From: an uncultured Oscillospiraceae bacterium
GTDB taxonomy: Bacteria; Bacillota; Clostridia; Oscillospirales; Ruminococcaceae
Reading direction: 5' to 3'
NCBI GenBank assembly: GCA_964460915.1
Contig: CAYWRQ010000003.1
Location: 1 to 42,004, forward strand
DNA length: 42,004 nt
How positions within the stretch are numbered: the stretch's first letter is position 1; every line of letters begins with the position of its first letter. The notes under the pieces were generated by a model. It did no database searches. It was given only the letters and a program-made list of their open reading frames with translations, and was not told the DNA's origin. Positions 25,107-33,514 of the stretch are shown here, one piece after another. Made by a program: the position numbers and the translations under genes.

Positions 25107-27335
25107 TTACTCGACCTTTGTCATCAAAGCCGTACCGATATGCGGCTGCAGCGTAAAGCGCACTTCATAGGCGCCCTCCTCCTGGGAAACCACTTCCGCC
25201 TGGCTGGTGGTTCCGGCAAAGGTATCCCAAACCTCCGGAACCGTGCGCGACGGCACCCGAACGGTCAGCGTCTGCGGCTCGGAAGTAAAGTTTACGAAGA
25301 AGTATTCCCGGAGATCCTCCTTCCGGTAGCGGATATAGGCGACGCCGGAAAGATCCTCGTCATTATGCATAACCGGGTCAATGATCCATTCCGGATAGCA
25401 GCGATGGTTGTTGGGGCAAACTGCCATGCCGGAAACGATTTTCATCGGCGGCGGGCAGACCGCGTTTACCCATTCGCCCAGCCTTTCCGCATCGGCGGCA
25501 TCCTCCATAAAGGAGAGCTTCCCTTCCTCTTTCAGCTTCTCGAAAATAGCCGCGACCGCCGCGTCGTCCTCTTTCCGCATCCCGTATTTCGGCATACAGT
25601 CCATCAAGCAGAGATGGCCGCCCTGACGCGCAAAGGCATCCAACAGCTCCGCGGTTTCCAGCGGCAGAACCTCTGCCATCGGCAGGACAAAAACGCGGTA
25701 CGCAGCCCCGGTCAGTGTGTTGACCAGTTTCCCGTCCACCGTCTTAAAATTGCAGGCGGCATCTGACGAGAAGGAGACAAAATCAATGTTTTGCTCCTGC
25801 AATCCGGTCAGCAGCAGCTGTTCGTCCCGGTCAACCTGAGCTGCCCGCTCATCCGCAAGCAGTGGGCCCCGCTGATACATCGTCAGGTACCCCTGCTTGC
25901 CAAGATAATGGAGCCAGAAGGTTTCAATCGGATGATAGACCAACAGATCTGTCTCCTGCTGGCCGCCGGTCAGCAGGCCGTACATCCTTCGGGTCATGGC
26001 ATTGGCCATAGGCATTTTGTCCCAATGCGCCCATTGGAAAAACTCGGAGGGCGGCCAGTCGTTTGCCCGCTCGTCCCGGATCGAGTAGAAAAAGCCATGG
26101 TTGACAATCGTCTTAATGCCCTGCAGATACATCCAGGAAACCATCCGCAGGTATTCCTCAAACTGAAAGTCCCAGCCGCATCCCGCAAAAACCTCGACCT
26201 GCGCGCCCTCTTTGCCGTAACATTCCCCGGCGGAGGTCGCAAACTTGATATTCAGGCTGCCGATTCCCTTGCCCAGATGATCGACACCCGGCCTGGTCAT
26301 CGCGTCGACCTGCCGCATAAAGTCTGCGGAGTACCGGGTATGGCCGCCGAGCGTCTCCTCCCCCAGCAGATGGGCTGTATAATCCATCCCGTGCGCCTCG
26401 CTCCAGGCTTTTAGGCGGCCATGATAATTTTCCTTATACAGCTGGGCCACCACATCGTAATAATCGCATCGGGTCCGCCCCGCCCTGTCGCCCGGAAGGA
26501 CCAAGTCCGGCAGGCAGCTGCGGATATCGTACCCTTTCATCTTCATAAACATCTCCGGCAGGCCGTCCGACCAAGGGAATGAATGGGCAAAACGGGTTTC
26601 GTCATTGAAAAACGCTTTGATGGTCGAACCGATCGCGTCCGGGAAACGCTCAAGGTAACGGTCATAGGTCAGGTGGATAAAGGTATCCGTCGCTTCCGCC
26701 TTCAGATAATTGGGCTGCCCGTTGCCGCCCTCGTCATAGGGATCCATCAGGATCTGTACCTGGAATACGACCGTGTCCCGGTCGCGGAGCAGTTCAAACT
26801 CCTTCATCCCAATGGTCATATGGCGGATTTCCATCGGCGTCAGCATACTGTCCAGTGGAATCTGCTCCATCGTCTCGGCATCATAGCAAAACAGGTTCTT
26901 CGGGGCTGCGTCAAAGCCGCCCTTCGGCCTTCCGCCTCCAAAGGGGCGCAGATGCGCGCGGAAACGGGTGTTGGCCGGAACATCATAGCGGGTAAAATAC
27001 AGATACCGCTCCCGGAAGTGCTCGTTTTTCGTCACCTCGCCGTTGCAGATCCCCGCCGGCCAGTTAAACTCATCGTAGAGCCACATTGGCTCATTATGCG
27101 CCTTTTTATAATCAATAACCGTCTGAAGATGGGAAAACCATTCCTCCGTCATATAATCCCCGATATATCCGCTGCGCGCATGGGGCGTGGCACAGGTAAT
27201 CCCCGCTTCGGTCATCAGCCCGAGCTGCCGGAGGATTTCCGCGTCCTCCAGCTTATCGTTCCAAAACCAAAAAGGAGACTGCGCCTGATCCAGCGCGCGG
27301 CAATCCTGCGGATATAAAAAATCCTTCTTTTCCAT
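25107..27335 (-). CDS. Large glycoside-hydrolase-like protein (GH106/jelly-roll-like; family tentative)
   Basis: 742 aa. The N-terminal pattern SPFWFWNDKL...HARSGY...WLYDEFNWPAG resembles uncharacterised clostridial and paenibacillal glycosyl hydrolases. Start is the ATG at 27335. The longer ORF to 27398 adds a non-protein-like extension. Confidence 0.45.
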   Translation of the reverse strand: MEKKDFLYPQDCRALDQAQSPFWFWNDKLEDAEILRQLGLMTEAGITCATPHARSGYIGDYMTEEWFSHLQTVIDYKKAHNEPMWLYDEFNWPAGICNGEVTKNEHFRERYLYFTRYDVPANTRFRAHLRPFGGGRPKGGFDAAPKNLFCYDAETMEQIPLDSMLTPMEIRHMTIGMKEFELLRDRDTVVFQVQILMDPYDEGGNGQPNYLKAEATDTFIHLTYDRYLERFPDAIGSTIKAFFNDETRFAHSFPWSDGLPEMFMKMKGYDIRSCLPDLVLPGDRAGRTRCDYYDVVAQLYKENYHGRLKAWSEAHGMDYTAHLLGEETLGGHTRYSADFMRQVDAMTRPGVDHLGKGIGSLNIKFATSAGECYGKEGAQVEVFAGCGWDFQFEEYLRMVSWMYLQGIKTIVNHGFFYSIRDERANDWPPSEFFQWAHWDKMPMANAMTRRMYGLLTGGQQETDLLVYHPIETFWLHYLGKQGYLTMYQRGPLLADERAAQVDRDEQLLLTGLQEQNIDFVSFSSDAACNFKTVDGKLVNTLTGAAYRVFVLPMAEVLPLETAELLDAFARQGGHLCLMDCMPKYGMRKEDDAAVAAIFEKLKEEGKLSFMEDAADAERLGEWVNAVCPPPMKIVSGMAVCPNNHRCYPEWIIDPVMHNDEDLSGVAYIRYRKEDLREYFFVNFTSEPQTLTVRVPSRTVPEVWDTFAGTTSQAEVVSQEEGAYEVRFTLQPHIGTALMTKVE

Positions 27336-27479
27336 TAAAATCACAGCCTTTCCGGCGCGGCCCGCTGAGCTACCCATCGAACCGGCAGGACGCACCATTC
27401 TTTACCTCTATTGTACAGAATTTGCCCGATCATTGCAAGACGGGGTTCATTTGATATCCGGATAAGTTTATAAAAAAAC

Positions 27480-27508
27480 TGGACATTCTTTCCCTGTTTT
27501 GCTACAAT
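27480..27508 (+). promoter_or_regulatory. Candidate promoter of aroE
   Basis: TGGACA (27480..27485), a 17-nt spacer, then TACAAT (27503..27508). Confidence 0.55.
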
Positions 27509-27541
27509 AGAAGGTATCAGAACGTTAAGGAAGGAAACATC

Positions 27542-28414
27542 ATGAAACAGGAAATTACCGGCTACACCGCACTGTACTGCCTGCTCGGCAGCCCCGTTGC
27601 CCACAGCATTTCCCCCCAGATGTACAATGCTGCCTTTCAGGCCCTGGGAATCGATGCGCGTTATCTGACCTTTGACGTGCAGCCGGACGGCCTGCACACC
27701 GCCGTACAAGGGCTCAAAACCTTGGGCGTAAAGGGCTTTAACCTGACGATGCCCCTCAAAAGGGAGATGGTGCGGTTCTGCGACCGGCTCTCCCCCGCAG
27801 CGGAGATCTGCGGCGCCGTCAACACCATCGTCAACGACAACGGAATTTTAACCGGCCATACGACCGATGGGATCGGATATATCCTGGCGGCCAAGGATGC
27901 CGGTTACGACCTTCGAGGGGAAAAAATCGTCCAGCTGGGAGCCGGCGGCGCCGGTATCTCCTTCCTGGTCCAGGCCGCCCTGGACGGCGTACGGCAGATC
28001 GACCTGTTCAACGGGCACGCGCGCCCGGAGCTTTTGGAGATCGTGCACCAGCTGCAAACACGCACCCGCTGCGACGTCCGCTTTCATCTCCTGGCGGACA
28101 CCGAAGCCCTGCGCAGCGCCCTGATGGGGGCCGACCTGCTGCTGAATACGACCCCGGTCGGCATGGGCCCCGACCATTTAAACGAATGTCTGATCCCGGA
28201 TCCGAAATGGCTGCCGAAAAAGCTGATTGTCAGCGATATGATCTACGAGCCGATGGAGACAAAGCTCCTGCGGATCGCCAGACAGCGCGGCTGCGCGACC
28301 TTTAACGGGATGTATATGCTGCTGTATCAGGGAGCGGAGGCCTTCCATATCTGGACAGGCAGGCAGATGCCGGTCGACGAGATTAAAAAGCGGTATTTTC
28401 AGAGGGGAAAATAA
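27542..28414 (+). CDS. aroE: Shikimate (or quinate/shikimate) 5-dehydrogenase
   Basis: N-terminal GSPVAHSISPQMYNAAF, NLTMPLK and the Rossmann motif GAGGAG. Confidence 0.82.
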   Translation: MKQEITGYTALYCLLGSPVAHSISPQMYNAAFQALGIDARYLTFDVQPDGLHTAVQGLKTLGVKGFNLTMPLKREMVRFCDRLSPAAEICGAVNTIVNDNGILTGHTTDGIGYILAAKDAGYDLRGEKIVQLGAGGAGISFLVQAALDGVRQIDLFNGHARPELLEIVHQLQTRTRCDVRFHLLADTEALRSALMGADLLLNTTPVGMGPDHLNECLIPDPKWLPKKLIVSDMIYEPMETKLLRIARQRGCATFNGMYMLLYQGAEAFHIWTGRQMPVDEIKKRYFQRGK

Positions 28415-28714
28415 GCAGGCGGGAAATAGGTCTGCATGTTTGGGAATATCTGCAAAAAGGTGACCGGACAGCTGCGCCGCTGTCTCTCATTTTGCACGGG
28501 AAAACATGGCTATTGCCGTTGAACCGGATGCAGATCTGGCAATAGACGAAAGACCCGAATCTCAGAAATTGGATCCGGGTTTTTCGTTGCGCGGCCCCTA
28601 ACTGGCTGCGGTAACGCATTGGCGCCCGGCGTCGTTCGTCATAACCGCAGCGGTTTTTCCGTTCACCTATATCGGCAAAACAACATGAAAATGTCAAAAA
28701 TCATCAAAAAAGTG

Positions 28715-28743
28715 TTGACAAATTGCTTTTCCGGTGCTATAAT
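28715..28743 (+). promoter_or_regulatory. Consensus sigma-A promoter of tRNA-Thr
   Basis: TTGACA (28715..28720), a 17-nt spacer, then TATAAT (28738..28743). It lies about 40 nt upstream of the tRNA. Confidence 0.8.
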
Positions 28744-28786
28744 ATAAAAGCTGTGATAAATTATTTCAGCTGTGCAAGTTTGATAT

Positions 28787-28862
28787 GCTGTTATGGCTCA
28801 GGCGGTAGAGCACGTCCTTGGTAAGGACGAGGTCACCAGTTCGAATCTGGTTAACAGCTCCA
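28787..28862 (+). tRNA. tRNA-Thr (anticodon GGT), CCA encoded
   Basis: I folded the cloverleaf by hand. The acceptor stem is GCTGTTA/TAACAGC and the D stem is GCTC/GAGC. The anticodon stem is CGTCC/GGACG with loop TTGGTAA. The T stem is ACCAG/CTGGT with loop TTCGAAT. Total length is 76 nt. Confidence 0.92.
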
Positions 28863-28865
28863 AAA

Positions 28866-28902
28866 ACCATCGATGAATCAAGGGTTCGTCGATGGTTTTT
28901 TG
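28866..28902 (+). terminator. Rho-independent terminator after tRNA-Thr
   Basis: Stem ACCATCGA / TCGATGGT followed by TTTTTTG. Confidence 0.8.
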
Positions 28903-28950
28903 TTGTTGATTGGTCCGTTTATTCCGACCCATCTGGAAAGGAGCGCATAT

Positions 28951-29535
28951 ATGAAGCATATTTTGGTGATTTCCTGCGGGGGCAGGACCCACGGCAACAC
29001 CGCCCAGCTGGCCGACGCCTTTATCCGCGGCGCGCGGGAGGCCGGGAACCAGATCCAAAAAGTCTCTTTGCTGGAGACAAAAGTCGAGCCATGCCTGGGA
29101 TGCAATATCTGCCGCCGCGGCAAGCCTTGTGTCCTGCGGGACGGCTTTGCGGATATTGTGCCCAAAATCGAATGGGCCGATGCCCTTGTGTTCACCTCCC
29201 CGCTCTACTATTGGACGATTTCCGCGCGGATGAAAGCCTTTATCGAGCGTTTGTACGGTATCGCCGCCGAGGACCCTGCGCCGCCCTTGGGCCGCTACGA
29301 AAAATACCCCGATAAAGACTGTGCTTTGCTCATGACCGCCGCCGACAATTTCTTCTGGACCTTCCAGCAGGCGGAATCCTATTACCGGTTTTCCCTTATA
29401 CAGTACCTGGGGTTTCACGATAAAGGGATGCTGCTGGCGGGCGGCTGCGGCGGTTCCAGCGGGGAGCCGGCGATTCAGAAAACAGAGTGGCTGCAAAAAG
29501 CATACGAGTTTGGCAAAAATATGTACAAATCGTAG
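28951..29535 (+). CDS. Flavodoxin-like fold NAD(P)H-dependent FMN reductase family protein
   Basis: N-terminus MKHILVISCGGRTHGNTAQLA, plus ADALVFTSPLYYW. The ATG at 28951 is preceded by GAAAGGAG. Confidence 0.7.
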   Translation: MKHILVISCGGRTHGNTAQLADAFIRGAREAGNQIQKVSLLETKVEPCLGCNICRRGKPCVLRDGFADIVPKIEWADALVFTSPLYYWTISARMKAFIERLYGIAAEDPAPPLGRYEKYPDKDCALLMTAADNFFWTFQQAESYYRFSLIQYLGFHDKGMLLAGGCGGSSGEPAIQKTEWLQKAYEFGKNMYKS

Positions 29536-29615
29536 ATGAAAAATGCCGGTAAAACAATGAAATTCTCAATTTTCTCCTTGTAATGAACAAAAATATATGA
29601 TACAATATAAAAAAT

Positions 29616-30700
29616 ATGAATTGTGAAGAGAAAATTGTTATGAATCGAAAAAGCCGTCGAGCCGTTGCCTGCGTTTTGCTGACCGCGTCCATGCTGTTAT
29701 CCGCCTGCTCGGTTCCTGCGGGAGGAACCAGCTTTGCCCCGCCGTCCTCCGAAAGCAGCGCTTCTTCCGAAACTGCATCTTCGGCAGAATCCGCCGTATC
29801 GGAACAATCGAGGAAAAAATTGACCCGGAAATCATGGAGCTGTTTAAATATAACACCTATGTCGAACTAAACAACCAGATGATCGAGCTGTGCGATTCGA
29901 TTTATAATTATTACCTGGTCGTAGCGGAACAGGAAGAATTCTCCCTGATCCAGGATTCCGAATATACATACGGGTACGGCACCCATTATTCGGATGAAGA
30001 TGTCCTGGCGGATGCGCTGGAATTATCGAAAATGGAGCCTTCCTTTGGTGAAGCGGATCAGCTGGTCCAAAATCTTTACGAATCGACCAATGCCCTGATG
30101 GAAACCTTCGACACGATTTGCTCCAGCGGGTACGGAGCCGGTCCCAGCTATTCGGACAACCAATACGCAAACGCCAAGGAATGGCACAATGTCATTTATA
30201 CAAACGTCCCGGTCTACGAGTCGCTGTGCTACGACTATTTTGATGCAATTACGGCCCTTGCTAACCAGCGCGCCGAAGAGGACCGGGCGCAGATGCTGGA
30301 AGAAGGCCGTCTCATTATCTACAACGCCTCGACCGCCATTGAGCTGGGCCGCCAGATCCTCAGGGAAGTATACAGCCAGGAAGTAACCGACGCGAATCTG
30401 ACCGATCTCGATCTGACCAACATCAAAGAGCTGTACCAGCAGCTGCAGGATACGATTGCCGACTTTGACGCGGCGGCTGCCGACAATGATCAGATGATCA
30501 AAGAGTCCCTGAGCAATTCCCGCCCGTTCGACGGGCTGTTCGACCGCCTGTCCGACTCGGTAGACAGGATGATTCAGATGGTCGAAAGCGGGAGAGGAAT
30601 TGACGATCCCGGATCCGCTTCCCTGGGCTCGGTTTTGTTCATTGAAGAGTGCCTGTCGGACTGCATCGACCGGTATAATTCGGTATTTGTCGGATCCTAA
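29616..30700 (+). pseudogene. Lipoprotein gene interrupted by a frameshift at an A6 run (possibly DUF3829/YiiG-like; tentative)
   Basis: ORF 29616..29870 encodes a signal peptide with lipobox LLSAC and a Ser-rich linker. The reading frame that continues to 30700 is already open upstream of its first ATG and overlaps the first ORF. One extra A in the run at 29814..29819 would fuse them into a protein of about 361 aa. Confidence 0.6.
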
Positions 30701-30714
30701 AGCTATTTGCTGAT

Positions 30715-30757
30715 AAAAAGGCACTGCAAGCTGATCGTAGTTTGCAGTGCCTTTTTT
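30715..30757. terminator. Bidirectional terminator between the lipoprotein gene and the 503-aa gene
   Basis: Stem GGCACTGCAA / TTGCAGTGCC (30720..30729 and 30742..30751), flanked by AAAAA and TTTTTT. Confidence 0.8.
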
Positions 30758-30822
30758 CATGGAAACCGGGTGCCTTCCGGACAATCCGTTTTGGATGCCC
30801 AAAGCCTTCCCCGGCAAATTGT

Positions 30823-32334
30823 TTATAAAAGCGCGAGTTCGATATCCTCCAGCAGCTTCTCATGGAATTCAATCCGCCACTCTACCCGCTCCACCGGCTC
30901 AAAATGGCTAGCGGAACAGGCCGCGTGCTGCTCCGGCTCTTCGGCGCGCCCAGCAATAAACACCGCCGTCGGGCCGTCTGTGCCGCCGGTCATCCGGATC
31001 ATTGGGCGGATAACGGCGCAATACTCCGCCTGATGGGTGTTCCTCCGCCGCGCCGGATCCCCTTCATCGCAGTCCAGGACAAAGAAATGCCCGGCCGGGA
31101 TATCGGGTACAAGCGTATAGGTCATCATCGTGTAGCAGAGCGGGAATTCCAAATCCTCCCGGAAGGCAGCATCTACCTCCATCTTTTGCTGTTCAAGCCC
31201 CTGCACGGTCAAGGTATGCTCCCTTCCCGTAACCGGATGAACAAAAGTCAGGCTTTCGCCGGGGCGGAGGGAAAAACGCGGGCCGGGCATCGTATCCATT
31301 CTCTTTTCCAAGGTCATGGACAAAGACCGGATCACCGGTTTCCGCTTGGTCGCCCAGGAAAGCCGCATCCGATGGACAGCCCAGCAAAACGCGGGATCGA
31401 AGCCGTAGTGTTCAACCGCCTGCCGCGCGGGCAGATCCTCACTTTCGGCGCCCTCTGCCTTACATTCCCAGTAGACACATTGGATCGAACGCAGCAAAAG
31501 CTCCCTTCCATTGAGCCGGACTTTTCCCTTGCATTCAAAAATCATCGGGTTTTCTGCAATATGCTGTTCCCACTGCTCCTTGGAAACCGACTCTGCATCC
31601 ATTTCTGCCAAACGATATTTTTCGTAGAAAGCCCGAACCAATACGGGATCGACCCTCCGGCAGATATCAATGACAAGGCCCTCGCCGCAAGCATACATGG
31701 CGGGAATATACCAGCTGTTCTTCCCCCAGGTAAACGTTTTCCCAACGGGAATCTCCTTTCCCGGCCGTTCCCGGCCGTCAGGGGCACGGAAACCGCCGTT
31801 AAAATATACCTTCCATTCCGGCCTTTCTTCCTCTTGCTCCACTGGAATCGCTTCATAATATTCCGCAGGATAACGGATTTGGCTGTCATCAAATGCGGTT
31901 TGCAGTTCTTTTATATAAGCAAAAGGCTGCTCCATCGGCATAAGGGAAAACGCCTTCCTGATTTTATCCAAAACGGCCCTCTGCTCCGGGGACGGATGGT
32001 TTTCCTCCAGCCGGGAATCAAACGCTTCCTCGGTCAGGGTGCCTGCATCCTCCAGCAGCACCGGGGCGCCGCAGACCAGCAGCAAGCGCAGAAACTCCGC
32101 AAAGTTCCGTGCAAGCGGCTGAACCTGCTTTCCGCCGTAATGGGACGGATCCACCATAAAAACCATTTCGCCGAATCCCTTGATCAAACAGTAGTGAATA
32201 CCGTCCACCCCGGCCCAGCCAATGACCTTGGCGCCGATGGGCGTGCAATAATAACTGCCCCGCTCCGGCCCCTTGTTCATGCCGATCTGCTCAAAATCGA
32301 TTTTCAGCCGTTTAAACCGCCCGTACAGTGTCAT
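30823..32334 (-). CDS. Hypothetical protein, 503 aa, no recognised domain
   Basis: Normal acidic, globular composition and GC-rich third codon positions on the minus strand. The ATG at 32334 lies 6 nt after GGAGGA. It starts 19 nt downstream of the iadA stop. Confidence 0.65.
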   Translation of the reverse strand: MTLYGRFKRLKIDFEQIGMNKGPERGSYYCTPIGAKVIGWAGVDGIHYCLIKGFGEMVFMVDPSHYGGKQVQPLARNFAEFLRLLLVCGAPVLLEDAGTLTEEAFDSRLEENHPSPEQRAVLDKIRKAFSLMPMEQPFAYIKELQTAFDDSQIRYPAEYYEAIPVEQEEERPEWKVYFNGGFRAPDGRERPGKEIPVGKTFTWGKNSWYIPAMYACGEGLVIDICRRVDPVLVRAFYEKYRLAEMDAESVSKEQWEQHIAENPMIFECKGKVRLNGRELLLRSIQCVYWECKAEGAESEDLPARQAVEHYGFDPAFCWAVHRMRLSWATKRKPVIRSLSMTLEKRMDTMPGPRFSLRPGESLTFVHPVTGREHTLTVQGLEQQKMEVDAAFREDLEFPLCYTMMTYTLVPDIPAGHFFVLDCDEGDPARRRNTHQAEYCAVIRPMIRMTGGTDGPTAVFIAGRAEEPEQHAACSASHFEPVERVEWRIEFHEKLLEDIELALL

Positions 32335-32353
32335 ATTCAATCCTCCAAACGCC

Positions 32354-33493
32354 CTATCCGAAATACCCCGTTTTAACCGTCCGATGCTCCCAGAAAATAG
32401 GTTCCCCTTTTCCGATTACACCGTAAATGCCCATATCGCCGTCAAACACCACAAAGTCCGCGTCAAAGCCTTCCCGCACCCTTCCCTTTTGATGCGGCAG
32501 GCCCAGCCGCTCGGCAGCGTTTACCGTTATAAAGGGCAAGGCGTCCGACAGGGAAAGCCCGGCGTCCAACAGCCGGCAAAGCTCGGTATGAAGGACGCCT
32601 GTCCCCGACCAAGTTAGGCCGGTACAGCGCCCTTTTTCGTCAAACCGCGGCTGGCTGCCGTACCCGTCGCTGGAAATCGTCATATGAGACGGGTCACCGC
32701 CTTTATCCAGCGCATCCACAATCCGCCTGGCCGCTTTTCCGTCCTCAGAGCCGGTCAGATCAATATTGCCGCCCATCTTCATCAGCTCCAGGCCCTGGGC
32801 AAAAAGCGCGTCTGTCCGCCCCATATGGGTCGGCAGAAGGTTTTCCACCGGTACCTCCGACTGCTCCAGCAGCCGGAAAAGCGGAGAAAGCCCCGCCTTC
32901 CCGCTGCCCATATGAATCGTGACCAGGCCCTTTTTGCCGGAAATCAAGCCGCCGACCCGCGCCCAGGCCGCCGCATGAATCAGCATACGGGCATCGGGAT
33001 GGGAACTGCGGTGATCGGACATTGCAAGCTTCAGCCCGATACAGGGTCGAATCAGGGCAATATCCCGCTCAACACTCCCGGTCAGGGTGACGCTGGGCAG
33101 GCTGTAGGAGCCGGTCAGCATATAGGCCGAAATCCCTTCTTCATTTAAAGCGCAGGTCTTTGCATATAGGTTTTCCAGGCTTCTGCTGATCCCGTCGGTC
33201 CCCAGCAGCCCCAAAACCGTTGTGACGCCGGTGGTGGCGATATCCTCCATCCGGGATTCGGGGACCCGCGATGCAAAGCCCTGTTCCCCGCCGCCGCCGG
33301 TCACATGGACATGAAGATCGATAAAACCGGGGGACAGCTTTCTGCCCTTTGCGTCGATCCGCCGCAGATGATCATAAGACAGCCGCAGCTTTCCCGTCTC
33401 CGCAATCCGTTCAATCTTGTCCCCGGCGACCAGGATATCGCACCGCCCCAGATGCTCCGGCGCATAAACGTCCGCATCCTGAATGAAAGTCAG
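32354..33493 (-). CDS. iadA: Isoaspartyl dipeptidase (beta-aspartyl peptidase)
   Basis: Collinear with E. coli IadA as I recall it (VYAPE..CDILVA, GFIDLHVHVTGGGGE, LGTDGISRS, ALNEEGISAYMLTGSY, MSDHRSS, LLPTH, SSDGYGSQP). The N-terminal 63 codons, which include the HxH metal site, lie upstream of the first ATG/GTG/TTG. The start is therefore placed provisionally at CTG 33493, after GAGGAGG. Confidence 0.8.
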   Translation of the reverse strand: MTFIQDADVYAPEHLGRCDILVAGDKIERIAETGKLRLSYDHLRRIDAKGRKLSPGFIDLHVHVTGGGGEQGFASRVPESRMEDIATTGVTTVLGLLGTDGISRSLENLYAKTCALNEEGISAYMLTGSYSLPSVTLTGSVERDIALIRPCIGLKLAMSDHRSSHPDARMLIHAAAWARVGGLISGKKGLVTIHMGSGKAGLSPLFRLLEQSEVPVENLLPTHMGRTDALFAQGLELMKMGGNIDLTGSEDGKAARRIVDALDKGGDPSHMTISSDGYGSQPRFDEKGRCTGLTWSGTGVLHTELCRLLDAGLSLSDALPFITVNAAERLGLPHQKGRVREGFDADFVVFDGDMGIYGVIGKGEPIFWEHRTVKTGYFG

Positions 33494-33514
33494 CGTAAAA
33501 ATTCCTCCTCGAAA

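Noticed and set aside
28383-29496. ORFs 28383..28697 (minus), 28798..29496 (minus) and 28818..29315 (plus).
   Set aside because: The first overlaps the aroE 3' end and a hairpin-rich spacer. The second runs antisense through tRNA-Thr and the flavodoxin-like gene. The third is off-frame within the flavodoxin-like gene.
30862-32376. A 504-aa plus-strand ORF that mirrors the 503-aa minus-strand hypothetical gene.
   Set aside because: It is in the same codon-complement register as the minus-strand gene. Its product is rich in Arg, Pro, Leu and Gly and has no RBS. The minus-strand frame has GGAGGA-N6-ATG, balanced composition and GC-rich third codon positions. I therefore treat the plus-strand ORF as a shadow ORF.
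32354-33304. GTG 33304 as the iadA start, as given in the ORF track.
   Set aside because: That start would delete the N-terminal domain and the HxH metal ligands. These are clearly encoded in the same open frame upstream.
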